DNA from: Vicugna vicugna | Taxonomy: Eukaryota | NCBI GenBank assembly: GCA_013265495.1 | Contig: MU058384.1 | Coordinates: 2,233,690 to 2,297,689, forward strand | Direction of reading: 5' to 3' | Length of the DNA stretch: 64,000 nucleotides | Part shown: positions 27,901-41,205 of the stretch, piece by piece | Position numbering within the stretch: position 1 is the stretch's first letter | Layout of the letters: the number at the start of each line of letters is the position of its first letter | Translations under genes and position numbers: made by a program | Notes under the pieces: generated by a model | What the model was told of the DNA's origin: nothing | The model's input: only the letters and a program-made list of their open reading frames with translations | Database searches by the model: none

Positions 27901-28894
27901 TTAATGTAATTGAAGAATTAGCAACCTGAGGGTCAAATGAATAGTTCTGGACTGTTTCACTGCTCTAATTTACTAATTCAGCTGAATTTTAATGTGTATG
28001 GGGATGCTGATGAATGGATGGTTCTGATGATTAATTAATTAAATGACTCTCCCAAGTATTATATTTGCATTTGTAACTGCCACTAGGATATACCTTAACC
28101 CAGTTATTTTTTTTTAAGCAATGTAAACTTGCTATAAATGAAAACTTACTCCAAAGCCCCTTATGTAGAAGGACCTAAAGCACAGCAGCTCTGGCTCAAA
28201 TGCGATGGTGTGGGGGCGGGGGTGGACTTACAAGGTCCTTTTTTTCTCCATGCATTTCTTCCTCTGCGAGGTCGTCCCTGACTGACTCCAGTGGAACTCT
28301 GTGCCCTGAATTATACATGTAATGACCAATCTCAAACTTAATCCAAGCGGGATGAAAACTCTTATCAGGTTGGTCTCCAGAGGTGTTCAAGTGTACACCC
28401 CACAGGTGGACGCTGAGACGTTCATGGCAGCTAAACCTCGCCTAGAGCTCAGAACTCTCTTTCCTATTGAGGGGACTGACCTCATCTAGATAGCAGAAGT
28501 TTTCTCTGGCCACTTACGTCATTTTGATTGTAGAAGTTAGACAAATTACATTTTGATTATAAAAGTTAGACAAAAAGAATTTTGGTTGTCTCCAAAATTC
28601 ACATCATCTTATGGTAGGGACTAGGGGAAGGGAGTGGTGCAGCTCAGACAACTCTGTTTGATTCTGAGAGTTGCCCCAACTTACTTCCTCTACCTGACCC
28701 CAGTCCCAGAATGAAAAATATAATGTAATTGTTATGTTGTGATACTTCAACTTAGTAGTGAAGAATGTTTTTAACTTCTTTAGGAAAATATAACTGCAAA
28801 GACTGATTGTAATGTATATCCACATGCCAGAATTTTACTGATATTCTCTTTATAAATGCATTTCTATGAAGATTAAAATTTTGTATTTAAAAAG

Positions 28895-28992
28895 TTTTTT
28901 TTAAAATTGAAGTATAGTCAGTTACGATGTGTCAGTTTCTGGTGTACAGCATAATATTTCAGTCATACATATAAATGTATTCTTTTTCATAT
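28895..28992 (-). mobile_element. Short L1 3' terminal fragment
   Basis: T-tract followed by AATTGAAGTATAGTCAGTTAC...TCTGGTGTACAGCATA, the same end as other young copies. Confidence 0.75.
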
Positions 28993-30871
28993 GAAAATGA
29001 AAAATTTTTAAATGTTAACTTTACTTGTTATTTTCATTAAGTTGATTCTGGTAATGAGCTCAGGAACACAAAATTCACATTGCACATCATGTAAATCAAG
29101 TTTCTCAGGCGTTCCTAGTGCAATTTGATAAAACATCTTTTCTTAGGTCCTTTATTGTCTCTGGAAAAATAAATTACTAATGTCAGAGTCTGTCTTCCTT
29201 GGTGTATTACTATTATCAGGTATAAAGTTGCTTACCTGCAAGCAACTGAAAAGGCAAGAAAGAGAAGCTTAAACATATAAGGGATTTATTTGCTTCAAGC
29301 AACAAGATATCTGGGAGCAAGTTTCCAGAGCTGGGATGGGGGCTTAGCAAAGCCTTCGTGTGGCTCTCGTTCTCATGAGTGAAAGATAGCTTCACTTCAG
29401 GCATCATGTTAGTTACAAGTGGAAAAGAAGGAGGAAGAAGAAAGGACAAGGTGTAGAGGAAGTTGCCAGCCCAGTCTTTTAAAAAGCTTTTCTAGAAACC
29501 TCAAGCAGAGGCTTCCATTGACACTGTATTGGCCAGAACTGGATCACGTGGCCACCCGACTTCTATCCAAGAAAGGTAGGAAAGCAAATATCTCCCTTTC
29601 TAACCTGCATCCTAGTAGAGGAAGTCGGATGGAAAGGTGGTGGAACAGGTGCTGAGGGAGCCAGCTTAGAATGTCTGCCACCACTGATTTGGAGATTTTT
29701 CTCTTAATGATTCTTTGTCATGTGGAATTATTTTAAGCAAACAAAAAGTTTTCAGTTCAGAAGTTCTAGTTTAAGAATGCAATGTCCTCACCACTTATTT
29801 CCTCTTTTAAATGATAGATTTGGGCTGTCTTGTCTCTAAATAGCTACTTATTGTAACTTGTGTTTTGAAAGCAGCATATCTAAGATCAAATGACAAAATG
29901 AGGGGAAACATCTTGTGACCTTTTGGTTTTAGTCATTTGGGATGTATTTCTTGCCAGGACAGACAGTTCAGTATTTTAAAATATTCTACTGTTTATTTGT
30001 TCAAGACCAAAACAAGACCATCATGAATAACGAACATATGAAAAAAAAGAGGCAAACAATGATATACACAAAGGAACAAGAAATTCACTTGACTGTATTG
30101 AGCTAAGACAGTTCCAGTTAAAGAACTGTATTATCTTTTTCTTTGGAGGCAAAAGATTTTTTAATTTCCATGGGTAATATTTCACACTGTAATTCTTAAA
30201 CTTTACTAAAAACATCTAAGCATAGTTGATTGATAATAAAAATATCTAATTTGAGTAGCAGCTACTACTATAATTCTAGTCATCAGATTATTGTAACTCA
30301 GAGATTAAAATATATTTCTTTTTGCAATTTGAGTAAAACAGTGTCATTAGAGAAACGTTGTAAATGGAGAGAAGATAACCTTCATACATTCACTATTTTG
30401 AATGCTTAACATTTTGATGTAGTTCTCTTTGTGAATAGGAAATAATAGCCAATGTTAATATGTAAATGTGCTAATAGTAGCCAATGTTAATTGAATACAT
30501 TCTCTAGGCTCATAATTTTAGATGTATTAAATAACTTAAGTCTCTCAAAAACTCTCAGAGCTAGCTATGGTTTTATCCCTGTGTTTACAGATGAAGATAG
30601 TTAGGGTTAAGTAAGTTGTTCAAAATCACATGGTTAGTAAGTAACACAGCTGGAATGTCAGCTCAGAAAGTCTTCAGACCCTCAGAATTCCCAGGACCTG
30701 AACAGGCTGTTTCGGGTATCTAGGAGGCTGAAATAGACAGACTCAAGGACTTGCCAATGCTTTTGTATTCTTGTATCATGTGATTCAAGATTCTGATTTC
30801 CAGGGAAGACTGACGGCTCAGATGTCCATCAGTAGCCTAGATCTGAGAGCCACCCTGGTACATGTTCTTTG

Positions 30872-33401
30872 GGTTTTTTTTGTTTTTGTTTGTTTGTTTG
30901 TTTTTTACCATTTTTTACTGAGTTTTAGTCATTTTGCAATGTTGTGTCAAATTCCATTGTAGAGCACAATTTTTCAGTTATACATGAACATATGTATATT
31001 CATTGTCACATTTTTTTTCACTGTGAGTTACCATAAGATCTTGTATATATTTCCCTGAGCTATACAGTATAATCTTGTTTATCTATTCTACATTTTGAAA
31101 TTCCAGTCTGTCCCTTCCCACCCCCACCCCCTTGGCAACCACAAGTTTGTATTCTATGTCTATGAGTCTGTTTCTGTTTTGTATTTATGTTTTGTTTTGG
31201 TTTGGTTTTTTAGATTCCACATATGAGCAATCTCATATGGTATTTTTCTTTCTCTTTCTGGCTTACTTCACTTAGAATGACATTCTCCAGTAACATCTAT
31301 GTTCCTGCAAATGGCGTTATGTTGTCGGTTTTTATGGCTGAGTAGTATTCCATTGTATAAATATACCACTTCTTCTTTATCTAGTCATCTGTTGATGGAC
31401 ATTTAGTCTGTTTCCATGTCTTGGCTATTGTAAATAGTGCTGCTATGCACATTGAGGTGCAGGTGTCATTTTGAAGTAGGCTTCCTTCTGGATATATGCC
31501 CAGGAGCGGGATTACTGGGTCATATGGTGAGTCTATTCCCAGTCTTTTGAGGAATCTCCATACTGTTTTCTACAGTGGCTGCACCAAACTGCATTCCCAC
31601 TAGCAGTGTAGGAGGGTTCCCTTTTCTCCACAGCCTCTCTAGCATTTGTCATTTGTGGACTTTTGAATGATGGCCATTCTGACTGGTGTGAGGTGATACC
31701 TCATCGTAGTTTTGATTTGCATTTCTCTGATAATTAGTGATATTGAGCATTTTTTCATGTGCTTATTGATCATTTGTATGTCTTCCTTGGAGAATTGCTT
31801 GTTTAGATCTTCTGCCCATTTTTTCATTGGGTTGTTTGTTTTTATCTTATTAAGTTGTATGAGCTGCTTATATATTCTGGAGATCAAGCCTTTGTCGGTT
31901 TCATTTGCAAAAATTTTCTCCCATTCCGTAGGTTGTCTTTTTGTTTTACTTAGGGTTTCCTTTGCTGTGCAGAACTTGTAGGTTTAATTAGGTCCCATTT
32001 GTTTCTTCTTGCTTATATTTCTATTGGTTGTGTAGACTGTCCTAGGAGAACATTTCTGAGATGTATGTGAGATAATGTTTTGCCTATATTTTCTTCTAGG
32101 AGGTTTATTGTATCTTGTCTTATGTTTAAGTCTTTGATCCATTTTGAGTTTATTTTTGTGTATGGTGTAAGGGAGTGTTCTAGCTTCATTGATTTACATG
32201 CTGCTGTCCAGTTTTCCCAACACCATTTGCTGAAGAGACTGTCTTTATTCCATTGTATATTCTTGCCTCCTTTGTGAACATTAGTTGACCAAAAGTTTGT
32301 GGGTTCATTTCTGGGCTCTCTATTCTGTTCCATTGGTCTATATGTCTGTTTTGGTACCAATACCATGCTGTCTTGATGACTGTAGCTCTATAGTATTATC
32401 TGAAGTCTGGGAGAGTTATTCCTCCAGCCTCTTTCTTTTTCTTCAGTAATGCTTTGGCAATTCTAGGTTTTTTGTGGTTCCGTATAAATTTTATTATGAT
32501 TTGTTCTGGTTCTGTGAAATATGTCCTTTGATTTGATAGGAATTGCATTAAATATATAGATTGCCTTGGGCAGTGTGACCATTTTAACAATATTGATTCT
32601 TCCAATCCAGGAGCATGGGATATCTTTCCATTTTTTAAAGTCATCTTTAATTTCCTTCATCAATGGTTTATAGTTTTCTGTGTATAATTCTTTTACCTCC
32701 TTGGTTAGATTTACTGCTGGGTATTTTATTACTTTGGGTGCTATTTTAAAGGGGATTGTTTCTTTACTTTCTTTTTCTGTTGATTCATCGTTAGTGTAAA
32801 GAAATGCAACTGATTTTTGAACGTTAATCTTGTAACCTGCTACCTTGCTGAATTCTTCAATCAGCTCTAGTAGTTTTTGTGTGGACCTTTTAGGGTTTTC
32901 TATATATAGTAACATGTCATTGGCATATAGTGACACTTTTACTTCTTCTTTTCCAATTTGGATTCTTTTTATTTCTCTCTCTTGCCTGATTGCTGTGGCT
33001 AGGACTTCCAAGACTATGTTGAATAGGAGTGGTGATAGTGGGTAGCCTTGTCTTGTCCCAGATTTTAGTGGGAAGCTTTTGAGTTTTTCACTGTTGAGTA
33101 CTATGCTGACTGTAGGTTTGTCATATAGAGCTTTTATTATGTTGAGATATGTTCTCTCTATACCCAGTTTGGTGAGAGTTTTTATCATAAATGGGTATTG
33201 AATTTTATCAAATGCTTTTTCTGCATCGATTGAGATGATCATGTGGTTTTTGTCCTTTCTCTTGTTGATGTGATGTATTACATTGATTGATTTGCGTATG
33301 TTGAACCACCCTTGTGTCCCTGGGATGAACCCCACTTGGTCATGATGTATAATCTTTTTTATGTGCTGTTGGATTCTGTTTGCTAATATTTTGGTGAGGA
33401 T
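30872..33401 (-). mobile_element. 5'-truncated, relatively young LINE-1 (ORF2 RT to C-terminus, 3' UTR, A-rich tail), inactive
   Basis: ORF pieces 32463-33335 ([42 protein letters not shown]), 32396-32644, 32013-32366 and 31639-31887 are frameshifted L1 ORF2p segments. 16-bp TSD TGGTAC(A/T)TGTTCTTTG at 30856-30871 and 33402-33417. Confidence 0.97.
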
Positions 33402-33658
33402 TGGTACTTGTTCTTTGTGAGGGCTGTAGTTTCATAGCTTCTTAGATTCTGTGAGCTTCTCCATAGTGTTCAATAAATTTTGCCTTCATTTTCAGGGTAT
33501 TTCTGATACTTCCTATCAAAGAACATGGATACAATAGATTTCATAACTTAACTAGAAAATCTAAACATTTTTCCATAGGAAAGTGCACCGAGTTTCCAAC
33601 AAGAAACCTGTAGGTGAAATCAGTCTTAAAAACAATCCATTAGATAGTCAGATATTCT

Positions 33659-33760
33659 GTAAAGGAACATTTATGTATAACTGAATCACTATGCTGTATA
33701 CCAGAAATTAACACAACATTGTAAACCAACTATACTTCAATAAAAAAATTTTAAAAAGAA
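33659..33760 (+). mobile_element. ~100-bp L1 3' terminal insertion
   Basis: AACTGAATCACTATGCTGTATACCAG...CTTCAATAAAAAA; TSD AGTCAGATATTCT at 33646-33658 and 33761-33773. Confidence 0.85.
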
Positions 33761-36700
33761 AGTCAGATATTCTATTCATAAATATAAAACATTTTATGTT
33801 CCTTTTATCCTAATTGACCTTTCTAAAAAGTTCTCTTTCTTAGTACTGTGTATTCATTTTATTATTAGAAGTTTGCACCTAGACTCCTCATCTATTGACC
33901 CACAAATTGTGTACGTTTAGACATTTCCATTTGTTAGGGACCTTGCTTATTTTCCATAATAGCTAGTACACTACTTATGCTCATTAAAAAATTCTTCATA
34001 CTTTTTCACTTGTTTTAGTTAAACAAGTTCTAGGGAATTTACTCATGTGTAAAAGCTTCAGACAAAACAGTCAAACTGAAAGGCTCCTTTTAATTCCTCC
34101 CAATGCCCACCGCCTCCCTAGATATGAATTCAATTATCAGCTGCAGGTGAAACCTTCCAATTCTCTTTTATGCATTTACCTACATGCATGTCCACAGATA
34201 GAAATATAGAAGTTTGCTTTGCACGTTTTATTTTTTAAAATAGAAATGTGCTGAAGAATGCGGTTTGCTCATTTCTTGTAACTTGTTTCTGAGCTCTTTT
34301 CCATGTCAGTATGTTACAGATCCATCTTACTCTTTTAAGCTGCTGCCAGGTATTCCATGATACGGCTCTACGATGGATTGTTTGATACTCTTCTGATGGA
34401 CAGTTCAGTTGTCTGTAATTGTTTATTATTACAATGATGTTGCAGTGAATATCCTTATACATTTCTCCTGTGTACATGTGCCTGCATTTCTCTAAGACAG
34501 ATACCGAGCAGCTGATTTCTTGAGTTGAAGTATGTGTGCTTTAAATTTTTTTAATAGATACTGAAGTATGAACTCAGAGCCTAGTGCATGGCCATATACT
34601 ACTAATTCCTTGTGACCACATGGAATCTTTGGTTTCTCACCACTTAAAGAACATCATTCTTACATTCCTTCTTCCGGTTCCTCTCTCTTAGACTGTCATT
34701 CCATTTCTCTAAATGACTCATATTAAAGATGCATGTTTGGTTACAAGGAATAGGAAACTTACACAAACCAGCTAAGACAGAAAGGGTAACTTATGGGCTC
34801 ATTTAACCAAACTGTGGGGAAGGCCCCAGTCTAGCAGTATCTTAGGGCAGTCTGTGCTTGATACCAGTCCACTACCAGGGCTCATTTTGCTTCTCAATTT
34901 CCCTCCTTTACTTCAGCTTCTTTTCTTTGAGAGTTCTTTATATTCTGATACCAGTCCTTTATTAAATATATACTTTGCAAATATTTTCTCCCAATCCATG
35001 TCTTGCCTTTTAATTCTCTTAGCAATATCCTTCAAAGAACAGAAGTTTTAAATTTAAAGTCCAATTAATTAACATTTTTCTTTTAAAAGTTGTGATTTTA
35101 GTGTTGTATGTAAGAAATTTCTGCCTATCCCAAGGTCAGAAAGATTTTGTCCTGTGTTATTTTCTAGAAGCTTTGTAGTTAATAGGTTTTACATTTAGGT
35201 CAATGATCAACTGAGTACATTTTTGCATATGGTACAAGGTATGAATGGAAGTTTAGTATTATTATTTTTTTTGTATGTGGGTATCTGATTTTTCCCAGCA
35301 CTATTTATGGAAAAGATGATCCTTTTTTCACTAAATTGTCTTTGCACCTTTGTTGAAAAGCTGTTGTTCATTTATGTGTGGATCTATTTCTGCACTCTTT
35401 ACTCTGTTCTGTTGATTTATTTGTCTATCTTTACTTCAATACTACACTGTCTTGAATACTATACCTTTATGGTAAGCACTGAAATCAAGACTTAGCCCTC
35501 TAACTTTGTTCTAGTGTTTTAAAGGTGTTTTGGCTGTCAGATCTTTCATTTCCATATGAATTTTAGGATCTGTTTGTCAGTTACTACAAATATGCCTGCT
35601 GGGATTTTATTAAGTAGATTTTTAAAAATAGAGATAAAATTCACATCACGTACAATTCATCTTTTAGTCATTCTAAAGTGTGTAAGCTGTGCAACCATCA
35701 CCTCTATTTGATTCCAGAAAATTTCTATCACCCCCTCCATCACAAGGCTTCTTTTAAACCTTGTGTCCATTAACAATCAGTCCCCAGGGCTCTCCCATCA
35801 GCACCTACTAACCACTAATCTATTTTCTTTTTCTCTGAATTTGCCTCTTACGGACATTTCATGTAAATGAAATCACACAATATTTGCCTTTTTGTGTCTG
35901 TCTTCTTTCACTTAGCATAATGTGTTCAAGAGTCATTAATGTAGCATGTATCACCTGCTAGGGTTTTGATTGCGATTTCATTGAATTTATAAGTCAATTT
36001 TTAGAGAATTGACATCTTAACAATGTAAAGTGTTCTGACCCATGATGAGATATGTCTCCATTTATTTAGATTTCCTTTAACTTCTCTCAGTAGTCTTTTT
36101 TTTTTTTTTAACAGATTGGTTTTGAGCAACTCTTTTTACTATCCTGATACTTTTGGTTCTATTTTTACAGAGGACTACTTAACTAAAGTATTATATTTTT
36201 GTCTAACTCTTTTTTTTTGAGAATATATTTGTGTTTAATAGTGTATCTTTTTTAAAATTGAAGTATAGTTTCTGTACAATATCATATAAATTATAGGTGT
36301 ACAATATAGTGATTTTAGTATAGAGGCCTTGCACATATTTTGTCAGAATTATCCCAAGGTATTTTTTATGTTTTTAATGCTATTGTAAAGGTTTTTCAGA
36401 TTTCAATATCCAGTTGCTCGTTGCCAGTATATAGAAATGTAATTGACCTTTGTATATTAATTTCATTGATATTCTCTATTGTTTTCATGTTTTCGATTTC
36501 TTTTATTTCCTCTGTCATATTAATTATTTTCTTTCTTCTACTTGCTCTGGTTTTCATTTGCTTTTTTTTTTTTCTTCCCTAATTCCTTAAGGTGGAAGCT
36601 GGATCAGTGATTTGGTATTTTTTTCTTTTTTTCTAATATAAGTGTTTAGTGCTATAAATTTCCCACTAAATTATGTTTTAATTTTTATTCCGTTAAAAAT

Positions 36701-37459
36701 ACTTTCCAGTTTTCTTTTTGATTTCTTCTTTGACCTATGGATTTAGAAGTATGTTATTTTGTTTCCAAATATTTGAGGGTTTTCAGGAGATCTTTCTGTT
36801 ATTAATTTCTAATACAATTTCTTTTGTGATGAGACAACATACTTTGTATGACTTGAATCCTTTAAAATCTATTGACAATTTTTTTGTGTGTGGCCACGAA
36901 TATGCTCTGTTTTAGTAAATGTTCCATGTGCAATTGAAAAAATTATGTTTTCCACTGCTGTGGAAGAATTCTGTAAATGTCAATTAAATCAAATTGATAG
37001 TGCTGATGATGTATTCTATATCTTTCTTGATTTTCTATCTACTCTTATTATTAATTTTTGAGAGATGTGGAAATCTATGACTATAATTGGGTTTGTCTCT
37101 CTCTCCATGTAGTTCTATCGGTTTTTGTTTCATACAGTTTGAAGCTCTGTTATTAAGAGCATAAACATTTATGATGGCATGCCCTCTAGATGAATTGGTC
37201 TTTTTATCATTATAAAAAGACCTTCTTTTTTCCTAGTAATGTTGAAAGTATTTTCTTGTAGGCAGCATAAAGTTGATTCTTGTTTTGTTTGTTAAAAAAT
37301 CCTACCTGACAGTCAACTGCCTGTTTTTGGAATGTTTGGGTTATTTATATTTAATGTGATTATTGATATGCTTGGTGTAAGTCTGTCATCTTGCTATTTA
37401 TTTTCCATTTGTTTCATCTGTTTTTTGTTCCCTTTTCTCTTTCTCTCTTTTTCCATTTT

Positions 37460-37908
37460 TCTTTTTCTTTTTTTTTTTGTCTTTGCTTTTTTTTTTTTTT
37501 TTATGGGGTTTNNNNNNNNNNNNNNNNNNNNNNNNNNNNNNNNNNNNNNNNNNNNNNNNNNNNNNNNNNNNNNNNNNNNNNNNNNNNNNNNNNNNNNNNN
37601 NNNNNNNNNNNNNNNNNNNNNNNNNNNNNNNNNNNNNNNNNNNNNNNNNNNNNNNNNNNNNNNNNNNNNNNNNNNNNNNNNNNNNNNNNNNNNNNNNNNN
37701 NNNNNNNNNNNNNNNNNNNNNNNNNNNNNNNNNNNNNNNNNNNNNNNNNNNNNNNNNNNNNNNNNNNNNNNNNNNNNNNNNNNNNNNNNNNNNNNNNNNN
37801 NNNNNNNNNNNNNNNNNNNNNNNNNNNNNNNNNNNNNNNNNNNNNNNNNNNNNNNNNTTTTTTTTTTTGACTTTGCTTTTGTTTTGTTTTGGAGGGAGGT
37901 AATTAGGT

Positions 37909-37947
<39 letters not shown>

Positions 37948-38031
37948 TTTTTTAATGGAGGAACTGGGGACTGAACCCAGGACCTTGTGCATGCTAAGCA
38001 TGTGCTCTACCACTGAGCTATACTTCCCTCC
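37460..38031 (-). mobile_element. tRNA-derived SINE (Vic-1-like) whose long A-rich tail spans the assembly gap
   Basis: Head (A/B boxes) at ~37960-38031, (TTTA)n at ~37908-37950; candidate TSD TTTTTCCATTTT at 37448-37459 and 38036-38047. Confidence 0.8.
37512..37857. other. Assembly gap (346 N)
   Basis: Run of N flanked by T-rich sequence. Confidence 1.
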
Positions 38032-40292
38032 ACTTTTTTTCCATTTTAAGGTTGAGTATTATATCTGTGATTCCATTTTATCCCTATTATTGACCTGTTA
38101 GCTATAACCCTTTGTGTTGTTATTTTTGTGGGTGCTTTTGGGTTTACAGTATACACATCTAATTTATCACAAGTTGAATATTCAGGTTCAAGTGGTATTA
38201 TATCACTTTACATTTTTAAAGTAATTTATATTAGTATTTCCATTTCTCCTCTCCCAGCCTTTATGCTATTTGTGTCATATATTCTAACATTAAATCTGTA
38301 ACACATTGTTGTATGTATTTAAACATTCAATTATCATTTAAAAATATTTAAATAATGAGAGAGAAAGTCATATAATTTACCCACTTAGCTACTATTCCAG
38401 TGTTCTTTATTCCTTTGTTTAGATCCATGTTTCCATCTGGTATCTATTTTCTTTTGCCTAAATGACTTCCTTCAATATTTCTTAAAGCGTGGGCCTGTTG
38501 GTGATGAATTCTTTCAGTGTTTTGTATGTCTCAGTAAAATATGAAGTTTGTGGTTAAAATGATTTAGTTTTTGTTCTCAGGATTAGTTAATTTATTACGG
38601 GCTTGAATGTGGAGTGTATGTTTATTCATGTTTACATTTGTATTTTTCAGCATAATAATGTCTTATTTTTTTAATTAGAATTTTGTTTGATTTGTTTGTT
38701 TGATGGGCCAGGCTCTGTTGCTGGGCGAAAGGGCTGTCCCAGAGATAGAGAACACTGGTGTGGGGCCCTCATGGAGTCTGTCATCCAGCCATGGGACCTC
38801 CCATTCAGTGCATCCAGTTCCCAATCACCGTTTTATTAGAATTTTGCCTAGATTTCCCCAAGATAACATTTTCCTTTTTAATCCTAGGTAAGCTTTATGA
38901 AATTATTTTTGACTTTTCTCTATTCCCTTCTTGAAATTTGGAATTACTCAATTGCTATTTTAGTATTCATTCAAACTTCTTTGGAAATTCTAAGGTTAAA
39001 AGTTCTTGTTCAAAAAACATCAGAAAAACAGAGAAACATGTCTAATTTTCACAACTTTCTGATATGTTGTAATGACTATGTAACACATTTGTTCTTAACT
39101 GAACCATCAGCTGACAGCTTCCATGTGTCCATGGAACTTTGGTTAGAAGAGTAGCTGATAGTTCTTTAATCTGATTTTGTGTCAGAAATTCATTCTGAAG
39201 AGTTGATATGGCTCACTTAGTGACAACGATTATTTTGCCAACTGGATTACCCAGTACTAATTTAATAAGTGAAAGCAATTTGAAAATATGTACATTTTTG
39301 ACCAATTTTCCCATGGTACCTATCGGAAATAAATGTATAGCTTTGTTTTACATTTGCTTAGCTAGAAAATAGAATTGTCCAACATTTTATAAAAATATAA
39401 ATGCATCAAAACTAAGCATATTATATGTCTTTTAAAAAGATGTTCCATTAAAACTAGACATTTTACTTTAAAAGTCCATGTCATTGCTGGATCATGGGTG
39501 CCTAGGGGTTAGGGCACAGGATGAGAGTCTTGACCTCAGATCTAGCGGTCAGACGGGAAGTGCAGGATTGGATAGATTTAGGCCTGAATAAGAGCAAGTT
39601 ATGGGGTTAAAGATACACTAACCCCATATCTTTGTATTAGAAGAGTTCAAAATGGAGAAATAGAATGGAATCTTCTGTGAAGCAGTGACTTTCAATAGAT
39701 GTGCTCAGCAGCAGCTGGGCAATATGGAATGTCATTGAGTATATCTGTATTAAGAAAATGTGACCTTCTAAGACCCCCTCTTCATTTTAAGCTTCTTTTA
39801 TTTTAGTAGTGCTCTATATTATAGCAAAATCTCAGAAATAGCACAAATGCTCTACATCAGGGAACAGGTTACACAAACTATGACATATATGTTTTAGAAT
39901 ATACAAAGTTAAAAGGTTTTACAGACTGAATTATTAATGGCAAGCTCTACATAAATAATTTTTTAAAAAAGAATCAAGATTGCAAATTTATATTGATTAT
40001 AGGAGTATAAAATATATTTATTACATATTATTTTAGAAGAATATTAAATAATAAAAATTAATCATGGAACATGTTGATTTTAAATAATATCTATTAGAGT
40101 CTTTAGAAATTTCATTTTAAAAGAGTCTATATATTTTATTTAACAAACTCTCATTTAGTACCAAGGGGTGAACTAACGTTTAACTGATTAATCCTCACAA
40201 CAACCCTAAGAAGTATTATTATTATTATTATTATATATTTTAAGTAATCAAGAAAAAAAAGAATAATTCTGTCTCTGTCTCTCTTTAACTTC

Positions 40293-40322
40293 CTCTCTCT
40301 CTCTCTCTCTCACACACACACA
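40293..40322. repeat. Compound (CT)n(CA)n microsatellite
   Basis: Direct reading. Confidence 0.9.
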
Positions 40323-41205
40323 AAACTACCTCTGGAAAAGAAAACTGGGGTTCAAGATGAGTTAAATACTCTTTTGTACTATGTAATTTTAAAAAAAGAT
40401 TTGCAGGTATTATTTATAAATACTATTAAAATAAATTATTCTATACTATGTAAAAATAAGAAAATAAACAATCTTTGGTTCTGAAGTTGAAGTCCAGAAA
40501 AGAGCTGCAGTGGCATGACCATAAGTCCACGCTTGAGGTGGGTTAAACGTCATCCTTGAGTAACACCGAAGAGTTCAGATAAGAGTTGAAGGTCCAGACT
40601 AGAATGAAACCGGCACCCAGATAATGAAACAGAGATTAGGACAAAATCAGAAGCTTAGCTTAAAGAAGTCATAAGTCAGGAACAAGAACAATTTCTAAGC
40701 AACTGCTATCCCAGAGGGTTACAGCCACCAGGTGGTTGGACCTGAAACTAACCACGAAAAGATTGGAGTGTCAAAAGTCCTGGAGGTGGATATTGGCGGA
40801 GCAGTTCATTTACCAGCAGCAAACCTTCAGTCCTAAGACTGCTCCCTGAAAGTGACAGGGGCAACCTTTTTACTTTTCTTGTTGAGGTAAGTGGCCTTCC
40901 TCACGTGGCAAACACAGATCTTGCAGAGGAGAGCAAGTCCCAAAGCATGTTCACAGGGGAACATTTCTCCCTCGCTCCCTCACCTTTCATCATCCATTCA
41001 CTCCCCAGGTGGATACTGAGCACCTACTGTGCACCAATAACCTTTAACAGGCACAAACTAACGTATTTCAAAATTTGGGGAGAAGATCGCTATTCTCTCT
41101 AAACCATTTAATAAGTAGTCTGACCCTTGGTTTCTAGGTAGGTATTGTAACTTAGCACCATCTTCCTTACTCTGTCATGTGTGACCTAGCAAACATCAGA
41201 CTAAT

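Larger units (their letters stand above)
34915..38530 (-). mobile_element. Old, fragmented L1 (ORF2 and upstream remnants) carrying nested younger insertions
   Basis: Antisense L1 text (TTTGCAAATATTTTCTCCCAATCC, CCCAGCACTATTTATGGAAAAGA, GAGAATTGACATCTTAACAAT, GGTGATGAATTCTTTCAG). A nested L1 3' end at ~35609-35953 has imperfect TSD CCTGCTGGGATTTT / CCTGCTAGGGTTTT. Confidence 0.85.

Noticed and set aside
20759..28574. Short direct repeats considered as a CRISPR-like array
   Set aside because: Only two-copy tandem duplications without spacers, in eukaryotic DNA.
37332..37955. ORFs of 141-207 aa
   Set aside because: Artefacts of the N gap and T-rich tract.
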